Assembly: GCF_009914755.1 (NCBI RefSeq)
Contig: NC_060932.1
Origin: the human T2T-CHM13v2.0 reference genome, Homo sapiens
Length of the DNA stretch: 64,000 bases
Strand: one strand, 5' to 3'
Below are positions 1-15,513 of the stretch, piece after piece; the stretch's first letter is position 1, and the number at the start of each line of letters is the position of its first letter. The notes under the pieces are model-generated. The model made no database searches and had not been told where the DNA came from. It saw only the letters and a program-made list of their open reading frames with translations. A program made the position numbers and the translations under genes.

Positions 1-384
1 AGGTCTGTATGATTGCACTTAGCAGATTTCCCATGCTTACTATTACACAGAGAGATTTACTACATAGAATTCCTAACTGGACTCCTACCTTTCAGGTTTC
101 TCCCTGCCTTTCCAATCCATTATCCACACTGCCATCTTAACAGTATTTCTAAAACATAAAATTCATTGGTTCTCTCCTTTAAAAATCTTTGGAGATTTCC
201 TATTGCCTTCTTCATGTGGTCCAAACTCCTTATTATGGCACATGTGGGTCTTTCAGGGTTTCTAACCTATATTCCTAGAACCTCCTGTTTTCTGTGTCCT
301 TTTCCCAAAGAGCTGACATTAGGAATGCCTGTCCATTGGATTGTTGCAAGGGTTCGATGATAAAATATATAGAAATATTTCATA

Positions 385-620
385 ATAGCTAGCATTTATT
401 GACCCTTTATCATCTTACCAGGTGCCAAAGACTGGGCAGGGAATTTATACATATTCTCTCATTTAATCTTCATACAACCCCAAGAGATGTAAATGCTTTT
501 ATAAACTCCATTTTATAAATGAAGAAACAGATTTTGAGAGGTCAGGCAACTTTCCCAAGGTCACACCTATAGATAGAAATGGAGTTGAATTTTATCTCTC
601 CAACTCCAAAATTGATGCTT
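385..620 (-). mobile_element. MIR SINE
   Basis: Core motifs ctcatttaatcttcatacaaccc, cattttataaatgaagaaacaga, cccaaggtcacac. Confidence 0.75.
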
Positions 621-2173
621 TTATAGATTTTACTGTTGCTTGGCACATTTCCTAGTGTACAATTCCATTTGATTAAATATTCATTTTTTAAAAACCATTA
701 CTATAAAACTTACAGTATCTAAAAAATATTTTGGTTTGCTTTCCTTGCCCTCCAAGGTTAGCTGATACCTCACTTCTTGGACTCTTTCTAGATGTCCCAT
801 CCCCTCTCTGCTATCCTCTTCCATCTTCACACGCATCATACTTCAAGTGTAATGGTTGACCTGTATATCTAATGCCTCTGATCTGTTGGCACTTCACGTA
901 TGCAGCACTGTGTCTCCATTGTCTTCGTACCCTCAGGGATTAGCATCTTGATGTTCAGCATTCAATATCTGTTGAACAACTGAAGGGATAAAACAGACTC
1001 CAAGGATAATTTTAAAGTATGTGGGCTCTCTCTTTTCTCACAACTGCTGCATTTCTGCTTCCATTTAATGTTTAACTGCACTAACACTTCAACTAACACT
1101 CAGCTAGATTATGAAAGAGCAAAGACAGACTTCAGAGCGTAACAGAGTAAGAGAGAATGAAGAAAAGACAAAATCACCCTCTTTTACTTCATTCCTCTCC
1201 CCCACCCTCCAAACTTGAGAGATTGTCTTGCCAGATGAGGAAGAGACAAAGTTGAAGGAGAGAAAAGGTGTGCTTAGATAGTAAAATAACATTTAAATTT
1301 TTTTAAAGATTAGTTATACCTTGTGTTAAGTCTGCTATTCAAGTCTGTTTTTTTTTTTCCTCATGGTCCTTTTTAACAATATTTTGCAAACACAGGAAAA
1401 CCTACATTCATGGCATTTCTGAGAGGTTGGCAAATGAGGAAACACTCCCAAATTCTCTCCTGAGAACTTACAGGAGATCAACTGATGAGCACATGGTCAC
1501 CAAGTGAGTCAGTGTAAGTTCTATGAATAGGGCTTGGATCTTCTGACTACTCGTCTAGGGTCCTAGTCATCTAGCTACTGCCATGTTCCCTGAAGAATTT
1601 GGTAAAAATAGCAGATGGCATAACTGACAAAGTAAATCATTGTCATTGCCACTGTCCATGTTCTATTTTTCCATGTTCAGTAGCATAATTTAAAAACTCA
1701 TTAATGCATGTATGCTATTGGTTATTATGTAATAATATGTAAAAAACACCAGTACAGAAATACTTCTATAATTTACATTATACCTTTAAATACAGAGAAC
1801 CCACATAATATCACCACAAAGGCATTTCATAAATTATAGAATAAAACACATAAATATTCATTCTGCATTATTATTCTGCTAAGGAAGAGCGCAAACATTA
1901 TTTTTAACAAACTGCTCTTTAAAAAAACTTGTGTGGTAGGATTCTCCATCTGTGAGTGAGATTCAACAACTATAAGGTCCAAAGCAGATTTGGTACTCTG
2001 GGAGAAAATAGTAATAATGTAAAACAAAATAATAGTCAATGTGATCTAAATACAGTATATCTATAAAGTACAATCTCTTTCTTAAGAGAGAGAAACTCCT
2101 GCCTCTGCCTTTACATTTATTAGACAAACATTAAAATCTCACCAATTTACCCCCTTTGTCTCTTCTTTATATA

Positions 2174-2223
2174 GGGAGATTGTGGCTTAGCTTTCTCTGG
2201 GAGATTGTGGCTTAGCTTTCTCT
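2174..2223. repeat. Perfect 25-bp tandem duplication
   Basis: GGGAGATTGTGGCTTAGCTTTCTCT x2. Confidence 0.95.
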
Positions 2224-4843
2224 GTAGATATAAAAGGCAAATAAAGCCTGGGTTTGGGTCCTAGCGCTGCTACCAGACAAATGTGGAACAGTAGAAAAGT
2301 CCTACAATCTCCTTTAGCTTCCGTTTCTTTATCTGCAATGTGGGGATAATGTTACTTACTGTCCTTCCCCTCAAGGTTGTTGCAGAGATGAATGACATAG
2401 GTGTAAATAGGGCTGAACTCATTCAATCTCTGAACAGAGAAGGATTCTTACAACATGGACTCTAACTTCGCCATTTTTCAGCTAAGAAAACTGGGGCACA
2501 GGAATGGTAAAGGTCATGCGTGTCTAAGACACTTGGCCAGTGAGTTATACATCTATTATAAGACTAGAAACTAAGTATTTTGATTCCGTACTATGTTGTT
2601 GTGTTTTATTTTTGTGTTTTATTATTGTGTCGCTGTAAGGTTTCTTTGTCTTTTCACTTACTAGGCACAACAGAACTCATATGCACGTGCAAGAAGTAAA
2701 AGCTATGATAAAATTATCTGGAAGGGGAAGCGGGTTGTTTACACAAAGTAACATGATAGCAGATGAGCAAAGAGGAAGGTACAAGGAAGAATATTTACTA
2801 GAGAGTTTACAGCATGCCAAACATAGAGTAAAAAGTGAAAACCTTTTAGCCAGATTTGTATACCTGATTAAATATCTACTAAGGGTATTATTTTTAATGT
2901 ATAGAGTTATCAAAAACACATTCCTTGCTTTCTGTTTCTAACACTTCTAGTTCTAGGGCTCAGTGGCTCTTAACAATGAGCACCAAAACCCTGCTTCATG
3001 CTGTGTTGCTGCCTGTGCTGGCTGAGGGCAGAAGGTGCAGTGAGAAAATGTAAGGGACTTTTGGGGGTTGGTCGGAAAGAGATGAGGAATAGTTACTGGG
3101 CATGAAGATAATTGGAAAAGAAGAAAATATTGACTAAACATGTCAAATACTCATTCAATAATGAAAAGTAAGAAAGACCAACAATATGTGAGTGGTTGAG
3201 AGAGGAGAGGCAGAAAAGGGAACCAGGAGAGTGGAAGTGCTTGAAGCTTTTTAGATGAGAGTAAGAGCTGACTTAACCCTGTGTATGTTTGATCATTACT
3301 AATCCTCCTTATACCCTAGTTCCTTCCTTTATTTCCTTAATTTCCACATCTATATAAATAGAATATAAATACAAATGTAAATGTATTATCTATAAATAGA
3401 GATAAACGTAAGTATTACATTATCACCTGTGGTTTTCTCAAAGCTCACAACTATTCTATGGCAGTTCTTGATGGCATTAAGTGAGGATGTTAACCTGTTG
3501 TTTTACATGCATATGGATGGAACACAAAATTAAGGTGGCAATGTAAAGCCTTTAGAAATATTCACCCTTCAACTGTTTAAGCAACCCACTTTGCATTTAT
3601 CTATTAGTCTTTTGTTTAGCTGCCATAAAAGCCCTATTAAAATGTTTTTGTGGTCTTAATTTTTAAGTTGTTGCAAATTGAATTGTTAAAGGTAAAATAT
3701 TTTATGGTGTAAGCCTATAGTGAGAGCAATAAGTGAACATGTAATATGTTTTAATTGCATTCTGTTACCGTATTTATTTCACTTCACAGATATTTATTAA
3801 ATGGTTACTATATGCCAATAATGAGCTAGATCATGTTGTAAAGGATCATAATCAGCCTACTAAGAAAGATTTGATTCTAATAAGGTCATACAGATGTTCA
3901 GTGAATTTACTTGGAGAACATATTGCTGAGATAGGGATTTAATTGCCAACTGAAAAAATCCCTTCAGTAAAGTTCTGAGAAAATTGCTATGTCTGCTATT
4001 TATTACAGCACCTTATATACTACTATATCCCTCATCAAGATATAGTACAAAAAATATACTAAATACTTAGTTTGGAAACTGAAATATGATCAGAGGCCCT
4101 GGGAATATTTTAGTTCTTATCCTAGACAAGGAGACCAAAAAGTGTATACTCATTGAGAAAATGTCAATATGCTCGCTAAACCTAAATATAGATTAGGAAG
4201 ACAGAAAGTTTTCTAGATATGAAATGAAGAAAGATACAACATGATCCAAATAGAGCTACCCTTCAGATTTTAATGAAAGGTTTAGAGAGAAAAAAATAGT
4301 GTTCTTCAAGCTTAATGTGAAAACAAATATTACCTTCAAGTGGTGTCTTCAAGTACATACCTAGTTTTGCAGTAGCATCCATTATTGAAGTGATTACATA
4401 AAACATGTTCTGTGTCTTTTATCTTTATATGGACAGTTTTTGGAAAACTGTTATGGCCTAAAATCTGAACATGTTTTAAAAATGTTATTGTGTTTGTTTC
4501 TGGATAATCTTATTTCATCTAATTCATTTTTATGTTCAGCTTTTAATCAATAATTTCAGGTTAAATGCAATTAAATGTCTGAAAATCAAACAAGCTGTCA
4601 AATTAAATGCTCTACTATCTAATAATTGATGGGTTTTTCTTGTTGGCTAATGCTTCTTCTGTATTGATCTTAATTTTGGTCCAGGCACTCAAAAGAGGGG
4701 AACACTTTATATACCTCTTTTTTTTTATTTCAATTGTTTCTGCCTTTTGTCAAGTTAGACATAATTTTGTAGCCTGTCATACAATTTTTACTTATGCTTT
4801 ACTTGCATCACAATGTAAATAGTATGATTCAAAATATTGCATA

Positions 4844-5053
4844 TTCCAGCATGGGCAACTGGCAAAACCCTGTCTCTACCAAAAATACAACAAAAAATTA
4901 GCTGGACATAGTGGTGCATGGCTGTGGTCCCAGCTATTCAGGAGGCTGAGGTGGGAGGCTCACTTGAGCCCAGGAGGCAGAGGTTGCAGTGAACCAAGAT
5001 CACACCACTGCACTCCAGCCTGGGTGACAGAGTGAGACCCTGTTTCAAAAAAC
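4844..5053 (+). mobile_element. 5'-truncated old Alu (AluJ-like)
   Basis: End of left arm plus right arm. TSD AAAATATTGCATA at 4831-4843 and 5396-5408. Confidence 0.85.
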
Positions 5054-5061
5054 AGCCAACC

Positions 5062-5383
<322 letters not shown>

Positions 5384-6514
5384 AGCCAACCAAAGAAAAT
5401 ATTGCATAATAAAAAACACTACAAAATTATGTTAATAGCACTACTCTACTCTGCTATTATTATATGGCCGTCTTACAAATAACTCTTCAAAAGTTATTGA
5501 TTTTCAAAATATTCCCTTCAATTATTTTACTTTGGTCTTAGTGCTCTTTGTCAATTTTACCATCGTATCTTACTCTTTGTATCATTAAAGTAAGATAATA
5601 CATCTCTGAAAGCCATAGTCTTCTAGAAAAGACATCTGAAAAACTCAAGCCCAAAAGGAAAAAGAAAAGACCAAAGTGTAGAACAATGTTGGGCTTATTA
5701 TCTAATTTATTTTTGGCCCTGATCATCTGAGACAGCAGTTGCTTCTTTTGAAAGGTGGCTCAAAGTTACTCTGTGCTGATAGAATTTATTACAAGGAAAG
5801 GAATAATTTCCTCGTCATGGTGTCAACTTATAATTGCAGACTTCAAGTTCATATAAGTCATCTGCTATGTTCCTAAAGTCATAAGACAATTCAGAATGTA
5901 CATTGCTGTTTTGGGTCATCCTAGGCTTCCTTCTCTAGCTTCTTAGATTTCCCAAAGTGTCAAGTTTAATTTGAGGATTTGCTCCAAACTGCAGGAGCTT
6001 ATTAAACAAAAGTAAGGAAATATCAGAGGTCCCATATGCTTAACTTCAGCAATTTCCTTATTAATAATGACATACAAAAAGGCTACATAATTCATATTGG
6101 ATTTACCTGAATCGACAATAATCTCCCTTGGTTTTCTAATATCCACCTTAGGATGATTTTGAACCATTTTACATAGTACCATTTTGTTACAAAATTTCCA
6201 TGATAAACTATCAGAACTACTACTCTTTGAAAGACTTACTTGAATGCGTTAACATAAGATTTTTTGAAAGTCTTATTTGTAGGCTTTATGAGCCAGTATA
6301 ACGTGAAAGGCAAGTTAAAACATGAAAAGGAAATCCTCCAAAAACTAACAATATGCTCCCTCTGAGGGTCCTGCCTAGTTCTGTGGCATGCAAAGCTATA
6401 GCTGATTTATAGGAGAGCCTCAAATGAACAAAGGGCTGAAAAGCTAATTTTAGAAGAAAGGTCCCAGCAACTAAAATATTTTAGCTCAGAGTAAAAAGGT
6501 TACAAAATCAAGTT

Positions 6515-6690
6515 ATAGTAGCATATATTTATTGACCACTTGTCACATGCCCTATAATGTAGGTACTATTATACCCATTTTACAGATGAGAAAACTGAGG
6601 TTTAGGGAAATTAAGTAACTTGCACATACAAGTAGTAAGTGATGGAGGTGGAAGTGGACTAATAGAAATATGACTGTAGAGCCCTCTTTT
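6515..6690 (-). mobile_element. MIR SINE
   Basis: cccattttacagatgagaaaactgagg core. Confidence 0.75.
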
Positions 6691-6984
6691 TAATGCTACA
6701 GTTATTACAAAGTATAAGGATGATATTCCTACAGATCAAGTAGTTAACTGAATCACATATCTCCTTAATAAATTATTCCCAAAAAAGATGAGCTTGAATC
6801 TATTCAAGTTTTTTAGACTTAACATCATTTACTTAATTAGAAATTAAGGGTAATAAAGGAGGAATATGTTAAATAATACCACATGGAAGCAAACATGCAA
6901 ATCTAGACCAGGATAACTGACCTATTTCTGTAACAAGCTCTTGGCATGCAAAAAAAAAAAAAAGGCCTTTGCTAGGATCTTGCT

Positions 6985-7125
6985 AGTGTGGTCCACTTTG
7001 AGTCCAGCAACATTGGCACTACCTGGGAGATGTTAAAATGCAGTAGCTCTAGCCCTCCCCAGACCCTACTGAATCTTAAGATCCATAAGTGATTCATTTG
7101 CATATTAAAGTTTGAGAGGCACTGG
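6985..7125. mobile_element. MER5-type hAT DNA transposon remnant
   Basis: gtgtggtcc...cagcaacattggcactacctgggag...aaagtttgagaggcactg. Confidence 0.65.
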
Positions 7126-7555
7126 TCTTAATGACAAAGACTTAATCAGTTATAATATGTAGACCTTGTTTAAATGATTTAAAGAACCAGCTGCAAAAAG
7201 ATATTTTTGCCAAGAGAGGAGATTTGGTCATTGACTTGTTCATCGATTCTACCAAAGAATGACTGTTAATTTCACGAGGTGTGATAATGGTGCCTCCTGG
7301 ATATGAATGAATGTCCAAATCTTTTAAAATTTAGGCATGCATAGTGAAGTGTATATGTCTAGAATTTTCTTTACAGTGTTTTATCAAAGAAAATAGCAAT
7401 AAGTGATGCAAATATGAGAAAATCTTGAAAATTGTTGCATATGTGTGATTGGCCATTCTACTCCTCTATTTTTGAGTATATTATAGAGCTTTTCATAAAT
7501 TTGTTTTTATTTTAAAGATTAAAAGAAATGGGTTTATGCCTTAGGAGAGGTGCAT

Positions 7556-7911
<356 letters not shown>

Positions 7912-9870
7912 TAATCACTTAAAGGGATGCCAGAAAATCTTTCTCCAAAGGATTTTTTACAATAGGACAAATTCATTGGTCTGGGGCAGTTTTAGATATA
8001 GTCTTGGTAAAAGCCAGAAGACTTAAAAAACTTTCAAGTTCTCTTTCACAAGAAATGATTCCATGGTAGATGTTATACTTGTGAATACTTTGGGCCATTT
8101 GCGTCAGATTTAATGCCTTAGTTATGATTTTCTTAAAAAGCAGTTGATGATGGCTCTGTTCTAGCCCTGTACTTACTCTCATGGCATTCTTCACTGGCAG
8201 TTCACTTTAATGGTTGACCAATGGAATGCTGAGCTGCCTACTTGTCCACATCAAGCATTTAATAGAGTCCTGTACTAATCTCATTCTTATAAGTGCGAAC
8301 TAAGGCCTTTTGATGTTATGTGATCAATAGGAAACACTTTAAGCTGGTATGTGTTTGTCATATAGAAAAGCATTCCTTTTAACATCATATAAACCCTTTA
8401 ATGTACTTACTCACTGTAAAGCACATCATTTTTTTTTTTTTATTTCTGGACAAGGAGGGCAAACAGGAATTCCACAAGCTATTACCAGCCAAACCCTTTT
8501 GCAACTTATTAAGTGGCAGTATTTGTGCTAGTATGTCTTATATTTTGTGGCTCCTTCCTATAGAAACCCGAGAATAGTTTTCAAAAACTAAAATAAACTC
8601 AGCCATCATCCCCAGAGATAGACACTATGCTGTATGCAGATGAACCACTAATGCCTGACTGGTTTAGTAGATGCCATGTATTTATAGAGTGAGTCAGTGG
8701 GACAGCAAAAATTTGCTTCCAGAAACCTTCCTATTTAAAATACAAATAGTTTCTCCTATATGGTTCTATGTTTTGGTCTATTTGTTTGGGCTTCATGGGA
8801 TAATACAAAGGATCTAAGTTTTTCTTTAAACGAATACCTATTAGGAGGAATAAATGAGTAGAATAATAGGATAGTGAAGGGAATTTTGGTTTCAACTGTG
8901 AAGCAGAGTCACTGACACTCAGACAGTGCTACTTACATTCCTGTCATTTAGGTATGCCCATGGTGACAGGCTCCCTATTTATAGGAAGCCGCATTCTTAG
9001 ATGTGTATGATTTTCAATTTTGTAGATATTTGTTTGCTTTTCCTCTTCTTTATTCTTCTAGTCACCTAGTCTCTCTCTGTTCCATCCACAAGAGCAGCTC
9101 CTGCATAAAATTTTCTCCATTGCTCATTAGCCCTCAGTGAGTACAAACAAAATCTGGTAGTCAAATCGTAATCATTCCTTTGGCATACTGCAAACATGCC
9201 CCACACACCCCTCTACTCCTCAGCTTGTTTGTTTTGCTATGGTACAATATTATCATCCTTGGCTAGAGAATTGTAATTAAAATAATTTGTTGTTTCTCCT
9301 AACCTTGTTGCTACTGTTAAAGATTGTTCATGATTATAAAATATAATAACATTTCAAGATACCTAAAATTCTTCTACTACTGTAGGAGCATGATGCTATT
9401 TTAAAATTATGTTATGTCAAAAGAAAGAACTTTAATGTGTGTGTGTATATATATATATCCAAAATGGATTCTACAGTGAAATAAAACAATGAGTACCATT
9501 TAAGGATCATTTTCCCCAGAAAACATAAGATTAAGACAAAAAGATGAACACGTGTTAAATATTTTATTTCATTCTGTAATGAAGGAACCAGTAAGATGTT
9601 ACAGATAGTTCAAAGGGGAACTCAAAAACCAGACATATTTATAAATCAAGACGACTGAAATGAAAGTATAGACGGTACATTCTTCCAATCTTGGGGAGGA
9701 AAGTCAATTCAAAGTCTATTGGGTTGAATTTGCATAGACAAGAATGTCATTGTTTATAGACAAAAACCGTTTTGTCTTGCTACCAGCTTTTACAATTTAT
9801 AGAGTTGTAAATTAGCTCCTATCAAATCAGAATCAGATAGCCCTAAGAGTATACTCTAGACACTACATAG

Positions 9871-10180
<310 letters not shown>

Positions 10181-10524
10181 CGATTTTTATTTTAACCAGC
10201 AGTTTTGTATTCCTAAGGGCTGGATATCCATAGTTAGTCCCTCCTGCCAAGAAAAAGAAGTCCAGCCTCCTTAGGCTGACGTTCACAATTTAGCTTCAGC
10301 TTCTTTCTAACATTTTCTTTTATGAATCCCACCATCCCTATATCCTATTTTATTCAGTCAAAGTTAACTACATATTCCCAAATTCTAATTAATCTTTCAA
10401 GTCATTGATAAATCGTCACCTTCACCAAGAAGCCATGTCGTATTTTATCTATTCTAACCGGGAATTACTACCCTCCTTTTGATACTTACGCATTTTTTAG
10501 TACTTTTCTTCTATATTGACTATC

Positions 10525-10705
10525 TGCTGTTCTCAAACTTGAAGGCATCAGAATCACCTAGAGTACTTGTTAAAACACAGATTGCTGAGCCTCATCTATC
10601 CTCTGTATCACTGGATTTGAGGTGGGGCCTGTGAATTTGCATTTCTTACAAGTTCTAAGATAACATTGATCCTGCTTCTCTGAGGACAACACTTTAAGAA
10701 CCACC
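10525..10705. mobile_element. MER5A DNA transposon
   Basis: gttctcaaactt...catcagaatcacc...aatttgcatttct...acactttaagaaccac. Confidence 0.8.
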
Positions 10706-10715
10706 CACCCAGGGA

Positions 10716-11516
10716 TGTCAAAAAGCAAATACCCGGCTGGGCGCGATGACTCACACCTGTAATTCCAGCACTTTGATAGGCCGAGGTGGGCAGATCACCT
10801 GAGTTCAGGACTAGCCTGGCCAACATGGTGAAATCCCATCTCTACTAAAACTACAAAAATTAGCTGGGCGTGGTGGCACGTGTCTGTAGTCCCAGCTACT
10901 CAGGAGGCTGAGGCAGGAGAAATGCTTGAACCTGGGAGGTTGAGGTTGCAAGTGAGCAGATATCGTGCCACTGCACTCCAACCTGGGCGCAAGAGTGAGA
11001 CTCCATTTCAAAAAAAAAAAAAAAAACCTATAAAACAACACAACAACAAAAATCAAAAAAAAATTCAGTTTAAAAATCTAATTGGCTTTTTTCTTTCAGC
11101 AGCTCATGAATGGGACAGCATCCCATCTATGAAATAGAAAGGTGCTTGAATGAGTTGGCTTTATAGGAAGAAAAGGGCTAAAGAAGTGGAAACAAAAAGT
11201 AGAGTGGTCATTTTGAAGTTACTTTCCTTATAGAGTTAAACCAGAGGGGACTTTCCTATCATACCACTTCAGGTTGACTGGACCCCTTCTGACTGGTTGC
11301 TATGAATCTTCCTTTTTTTTGTTTTTGCTTTTAAACTGGTTCATTTTAAATTTCAGTCTGATTGTGCGGCACCTAGCACATGTCACTCTATTCTGATTTG
11401 TTCTGGTCTTATGGGGCCTACTGCAGGTGCTTCCATAAATGGCCTTAAACAATTGCCATTAAACAATGGCCAACCTTCCATAAAACAATGGCCTTCTGTA
11501 AATTTTATTTTATACA
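10716..11516 (-). mobile_element. ERV1/MER4-group solo LTR interrupted by an Alu
   Basis: TGTCA...TACA termini; body resembles MER4-group LTRs (aaaacaatggccttctgtaaattttatttt). Subfamily uncertain. Confidence 0.55.
10735..11030 (+). mobile_element. Alu (AluS-like)
   Basis: Dimeric Alu with A tail. Confidence 0.92.
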
Positions 11517-12374
11517 GAGAAACCATGTAAAAAACTGCAGACAAGAAGATGAATGAGACATATACCCAGCTCTTCATGAGTTCACAATCTAACGGGAGTG
11601 TTGAAAGCTGGCTCCCCAAAATATCACTGATATTACCTTTTTGGTAAGACAAAACAAGTTCATTGAGGTATGGAGAATACCACTTCAACAGAGCCTTTGT
11701 AGTGCCTAAAAAGAAGGAAAAGGGTGGGACATAGTTGGAATATTTGAGATTTTCAAGTCTAATTTAAGGCAGATCTCTCAATAGGGCAACTTGGCTAAGA
11801 TTGGGTAAGGATCATGATATGATAGTTTAGGATTGATAAAATAAGATGTGGCAAGGGATTCAAAGAGTCCTAGTGTATAAACTATTGATTAATGCTTTCT
11901 ATTGAAGAATTGATGTATCATTCCAGATGCTCCTAGAATAAACTAGGAGACAGTAGAGTGAGTGTAAGGTCATGTTAATGTAGACAAGTATATTAATGGT
12001 TTCCATTCTCAGAGACAGACACATAAACAAAAAATTAGTATGGTAAGGTAAGTATAATCAAGGTAGTCACAGTGCCCTTTGTGAGCAAGTATATCAAATC
12101 TTGTAACCTCCCTGCCATCTGCCACTGCCAGGAATTCCAAGATGGTGAATGTCTTACTTTGGTTTATCTCTGGTATATCAAGGAAAAGGCACTGATTTTT
12201 AGTAAGGCAAAGTTTGTCCTTGTTTCTTTCTCTTTCTTTGTTTATACTGTTAACAGCCTCAGAACTGATGTGTATACTTTCACATATTTTATCTTACAAA
12301 CAATATCAAATTTGTGGGGAATGAAAATAGTTCATATTTATTAAAGACCTACTATATCATACAACCAATGCAAA

Positions 12375-12515
12375 TATATATATATGTTTGCATATATACA
12401 AATATATACATTTGTATATACGTATTTGTGTATATATACTAATACATATATTTGCATATTTGTATATAGATGTATATATACACAAATATATGCATATGTA
12501 TATATACATATATAT
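12375..12515. repeat. Degenerate (TA)n / TATG simple repeat
   Basis: Long imperfect TA-rich run. Confidence 0.85.
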
Positions 12516-14063
12516 TAATGAACTATATTTTATATTTTCATGTTAATTATGATTTTCCCCTTATAATGCAGATAATCATCATTGAGACCTTAAGGATAAG
12601 CAGGCATCTGTATGGAGCTCTTTTTATTTTATCTAAGACATATGGTCTCTTCTTTTGAGGAGAAAGTAGTGAGAATGGCAGAGGAATCCTCTCTTTAATA
12701 ATAATAGAATAAGTACATGTATATTTAAAGTGTGAATAACATGTAATCTTTACTTTGGGAAGTAACTTCGATAGCATAAAAATAACATTTATTTCTTTGC
12801 AAATCAATTTTTAGAAATACCCTAAACTGATTATATTTAAATTACATCTGAGAAAGACAAATTTAAAATTTTGAAATTCAAATTTTGCCAGTGATTCAAT
12901 GTTCAAATTCTTGCAATAATAGTTACAACTTTGTTTTTAACAAATACACCCTATGTTTGTTCACAATACTTGAAAGAATACATAGCATGCTTTTTACTAG
13001 TTCCAAAATCAAACTAGAACATATGCATACTATAAAGTAAATTTACTTCATTTATTTATGACAAGCTTATATGCATGTTGCAGAAATTCACTGAGGTAAA
13101 ACTCACTTCTATACTTTTTAACTAAAATTTTAAGAAAGCATCTACATAGACAGTAGTATAACTCTACAAGTTATCAAATACATCCAATCATGCTAATGAC
13201 ATTTACAACATATAAATTTGCTAGCTAAAGAAACATCATTCTGTTAGCCATAAACTTTTTTGCACACAGCTGTCTTCTTCTTTTTGCCATATGAGCTTAC
13301 AATCACATCTTTCATTCCCAGATTTTTCTGTGCCAATTGAAGCTAAGTCAAACTGGTATAAAGAAGGCTTTAGAGAGTAGGATGTCTTGAATGGGACCTC
13401 ATAGCTTTTGAAGCTAGTGAGTGAAAACGTGGGGCTGAAAGAGCAAGCCCAGAAAGATATGTCAGGAAGTGGCAACAGCCTGCCCTGCATCTTCTCTGTA
13501 AATGAGATGGAGAAGCATCAGGATCAATAGAAGCATGTTATCTCCACGCACAGCATACTAAAGTACGAGTGTTAAAGAATATTGAATATTGTGTCTAGAT
13601 ACAGGATGAAATAAGGCTTTTTACAAACAGACTATAAAAGTTGCCAGAGGTGTAAGGTGGTTATGGGAGCGCTGAATCTTTCTCAACATCCAGTAGAATA
13701 GGGTTTCTTAATTGAGTATTAGTAGCATACCCAAAAAATCAAACTCTGGCAAACAAAGTCATGAGTAATCTTAATAAGAAAGCAAAATGGGGCGATACCA
13801 GTGTGATTTGGCAAGCTGTTTTCTGAGCTTAGTTCTTAGAAGAAACAAAAGAGGAACATATTACCAGGGACAAAAAACAAACAAAAAAGACTGGCATAAA
13901 ACTGTGAAAGAGTATCAGGCCAAAACATAGAGTGAGGTTATATAAGCACCAAAAAAACTAGTGAAAAGGAAAGTCCTACAATAAAGGAGAACAAGATGGA
14001 TGGGTGAGGCTTGTGTTGTTTAACAGTTTATTAAAAGAAAGAGTAAGTTTAATGCCTATTTAA

Positions 14064-14193
14064 TTTTTTTTTTTAAGAGATGGGGTCTTGCCATATTGCC
14101 CTGGCTAGGCTTGAACTCCTGGGCTCAAGAGATCCTCCCAGCTCAGTGTCCCAAGTTGCTGTGACTACAGGTGTGCACAACCACACTTGGCCA
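14064..14193 (-). mobile_element. FLAM / Alu monomer
   Basis: Single-arm Alu-like sequence with T head. Confidence 0.8.
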
Positions 14194-14419
14194 CAGTTTT
14201 GCTTTATTTTTCTCAATTAAGAAGAATGAGCTACAAGGAAGTACAAAACAAATACTGTAAAATTGAAATTTTTAGGCTAAGGCACACAGGGATACAGTGA
14301 AAGAACACCTACATCTACTTTACATGAATTGAAACCTCTTGGTCCAGAAAACCAGAATATTTTCCTATGTGGTCACAAAACCTTTGGTAGTAACCTTACA
14401 GGAATCATAGTGTATTTTT

Positions 14420-14832
14420 GACAGTTATACTCCCTCCTGTAACAAACTTCAAAATATATAAAATGGCTTAAATACAAGAGAAGTTTATTCTTGTTTGAGT
14501 CTACATTTGGAGTTCCTGGGTGGTGGTGGCTCTCCACTAAGGGTGGGTTCAAGGACCTAGGTACCTTCTATCTCAAGGCTCTGTCATATTTAATAAATGG
14601 CTTCTCAAGTCACCATGTTCATCTGCTACAAGTATGTGAAAAGAAAAGAGCATGGAGATCACCAATAGGGACTCTCTGGCCAGGCCTGGAAGTAGCACAC
14701 ACCATTTTTGCAGTCCTTCCATTGGCTAAAAAATAATCACTTGAGCACTGCTGCCCAAAAAGGAATCTGGGAAATGTAGGCTCACTATGTGCCCAGAAAA
14801 AAGAAGAATCAGGTTTGGTTACAGCTAGCCAT
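14420..14832. mobile_element. MLT1-type MaLR LTR (old)
   Basis: aatggcttaaatacaagagaagtttatt...ggcctggaagtagcacac...ctgggaaatgtag. Confidence 0.65.
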
Positions 14833-15294
14833 TCTGTAGCTGGATAATGAGACATCTGCCAGAAAACTGTAGTTAGGCGAATAGCCCGAATTTTTAAAAT
14901 GCTATTGAAATGGAGTTGAAGGGTATAGAAACATCATAGACTTGAAACCATTTCAGAGGGGAAAGCAGTGATCACTTGGAGTCTGTACCTTATCTTCTGC
15001 GTATTAGAAAGATGTTTAACTAATATGTGGCATTGTTGATAAATGAGTTCTGGGTGATGGTAGCATTTAGTGGATTCATACTTCTTTAGATTAATGTGTT
15101 CAATGAGTGGTAGTCATTGTCATCCTTGAAGGTGTCAGTTGACCTGTGTCTTGTGACTTTCCTTTCTCATGTCTCATTAAATATTTTTATGAACAACCTT
15201 AACAGAGGCAAATTTATGGTTGACTCAGTAATTAGGGATACCGAATGTCACTGTGGGTGAAAGAATCAAAATGATCCCAACAGTTTAGAATACA

Positions 15295-15513
15295 GTCCAA
15301 CAGAATTTTTCTGAAAAGGGCCAGGGAGCAAATATTTTAGGCTTTTTGGGCCATAAAGTCTCTGTCACACTAGTCAGCTCTGCTGATATAGTCCCAAAGC
15401 AGCCACAGACAATACATAAATGAATGGGCATGGCTGTGTTCAAAGGAAACCAAATTTATAAAAACAGATGGCCGGCCAGATTTGGTTCATGGGCCATAGT
15501 TTGCTGTTCCCTG
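15295..15513. mobile_element. MER58A DNA transposon
   Basis: aagggccag...aatattttaggcttt...gggcatggctgtgttc...gggccatagtttgctg. Confidence 0.85.
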
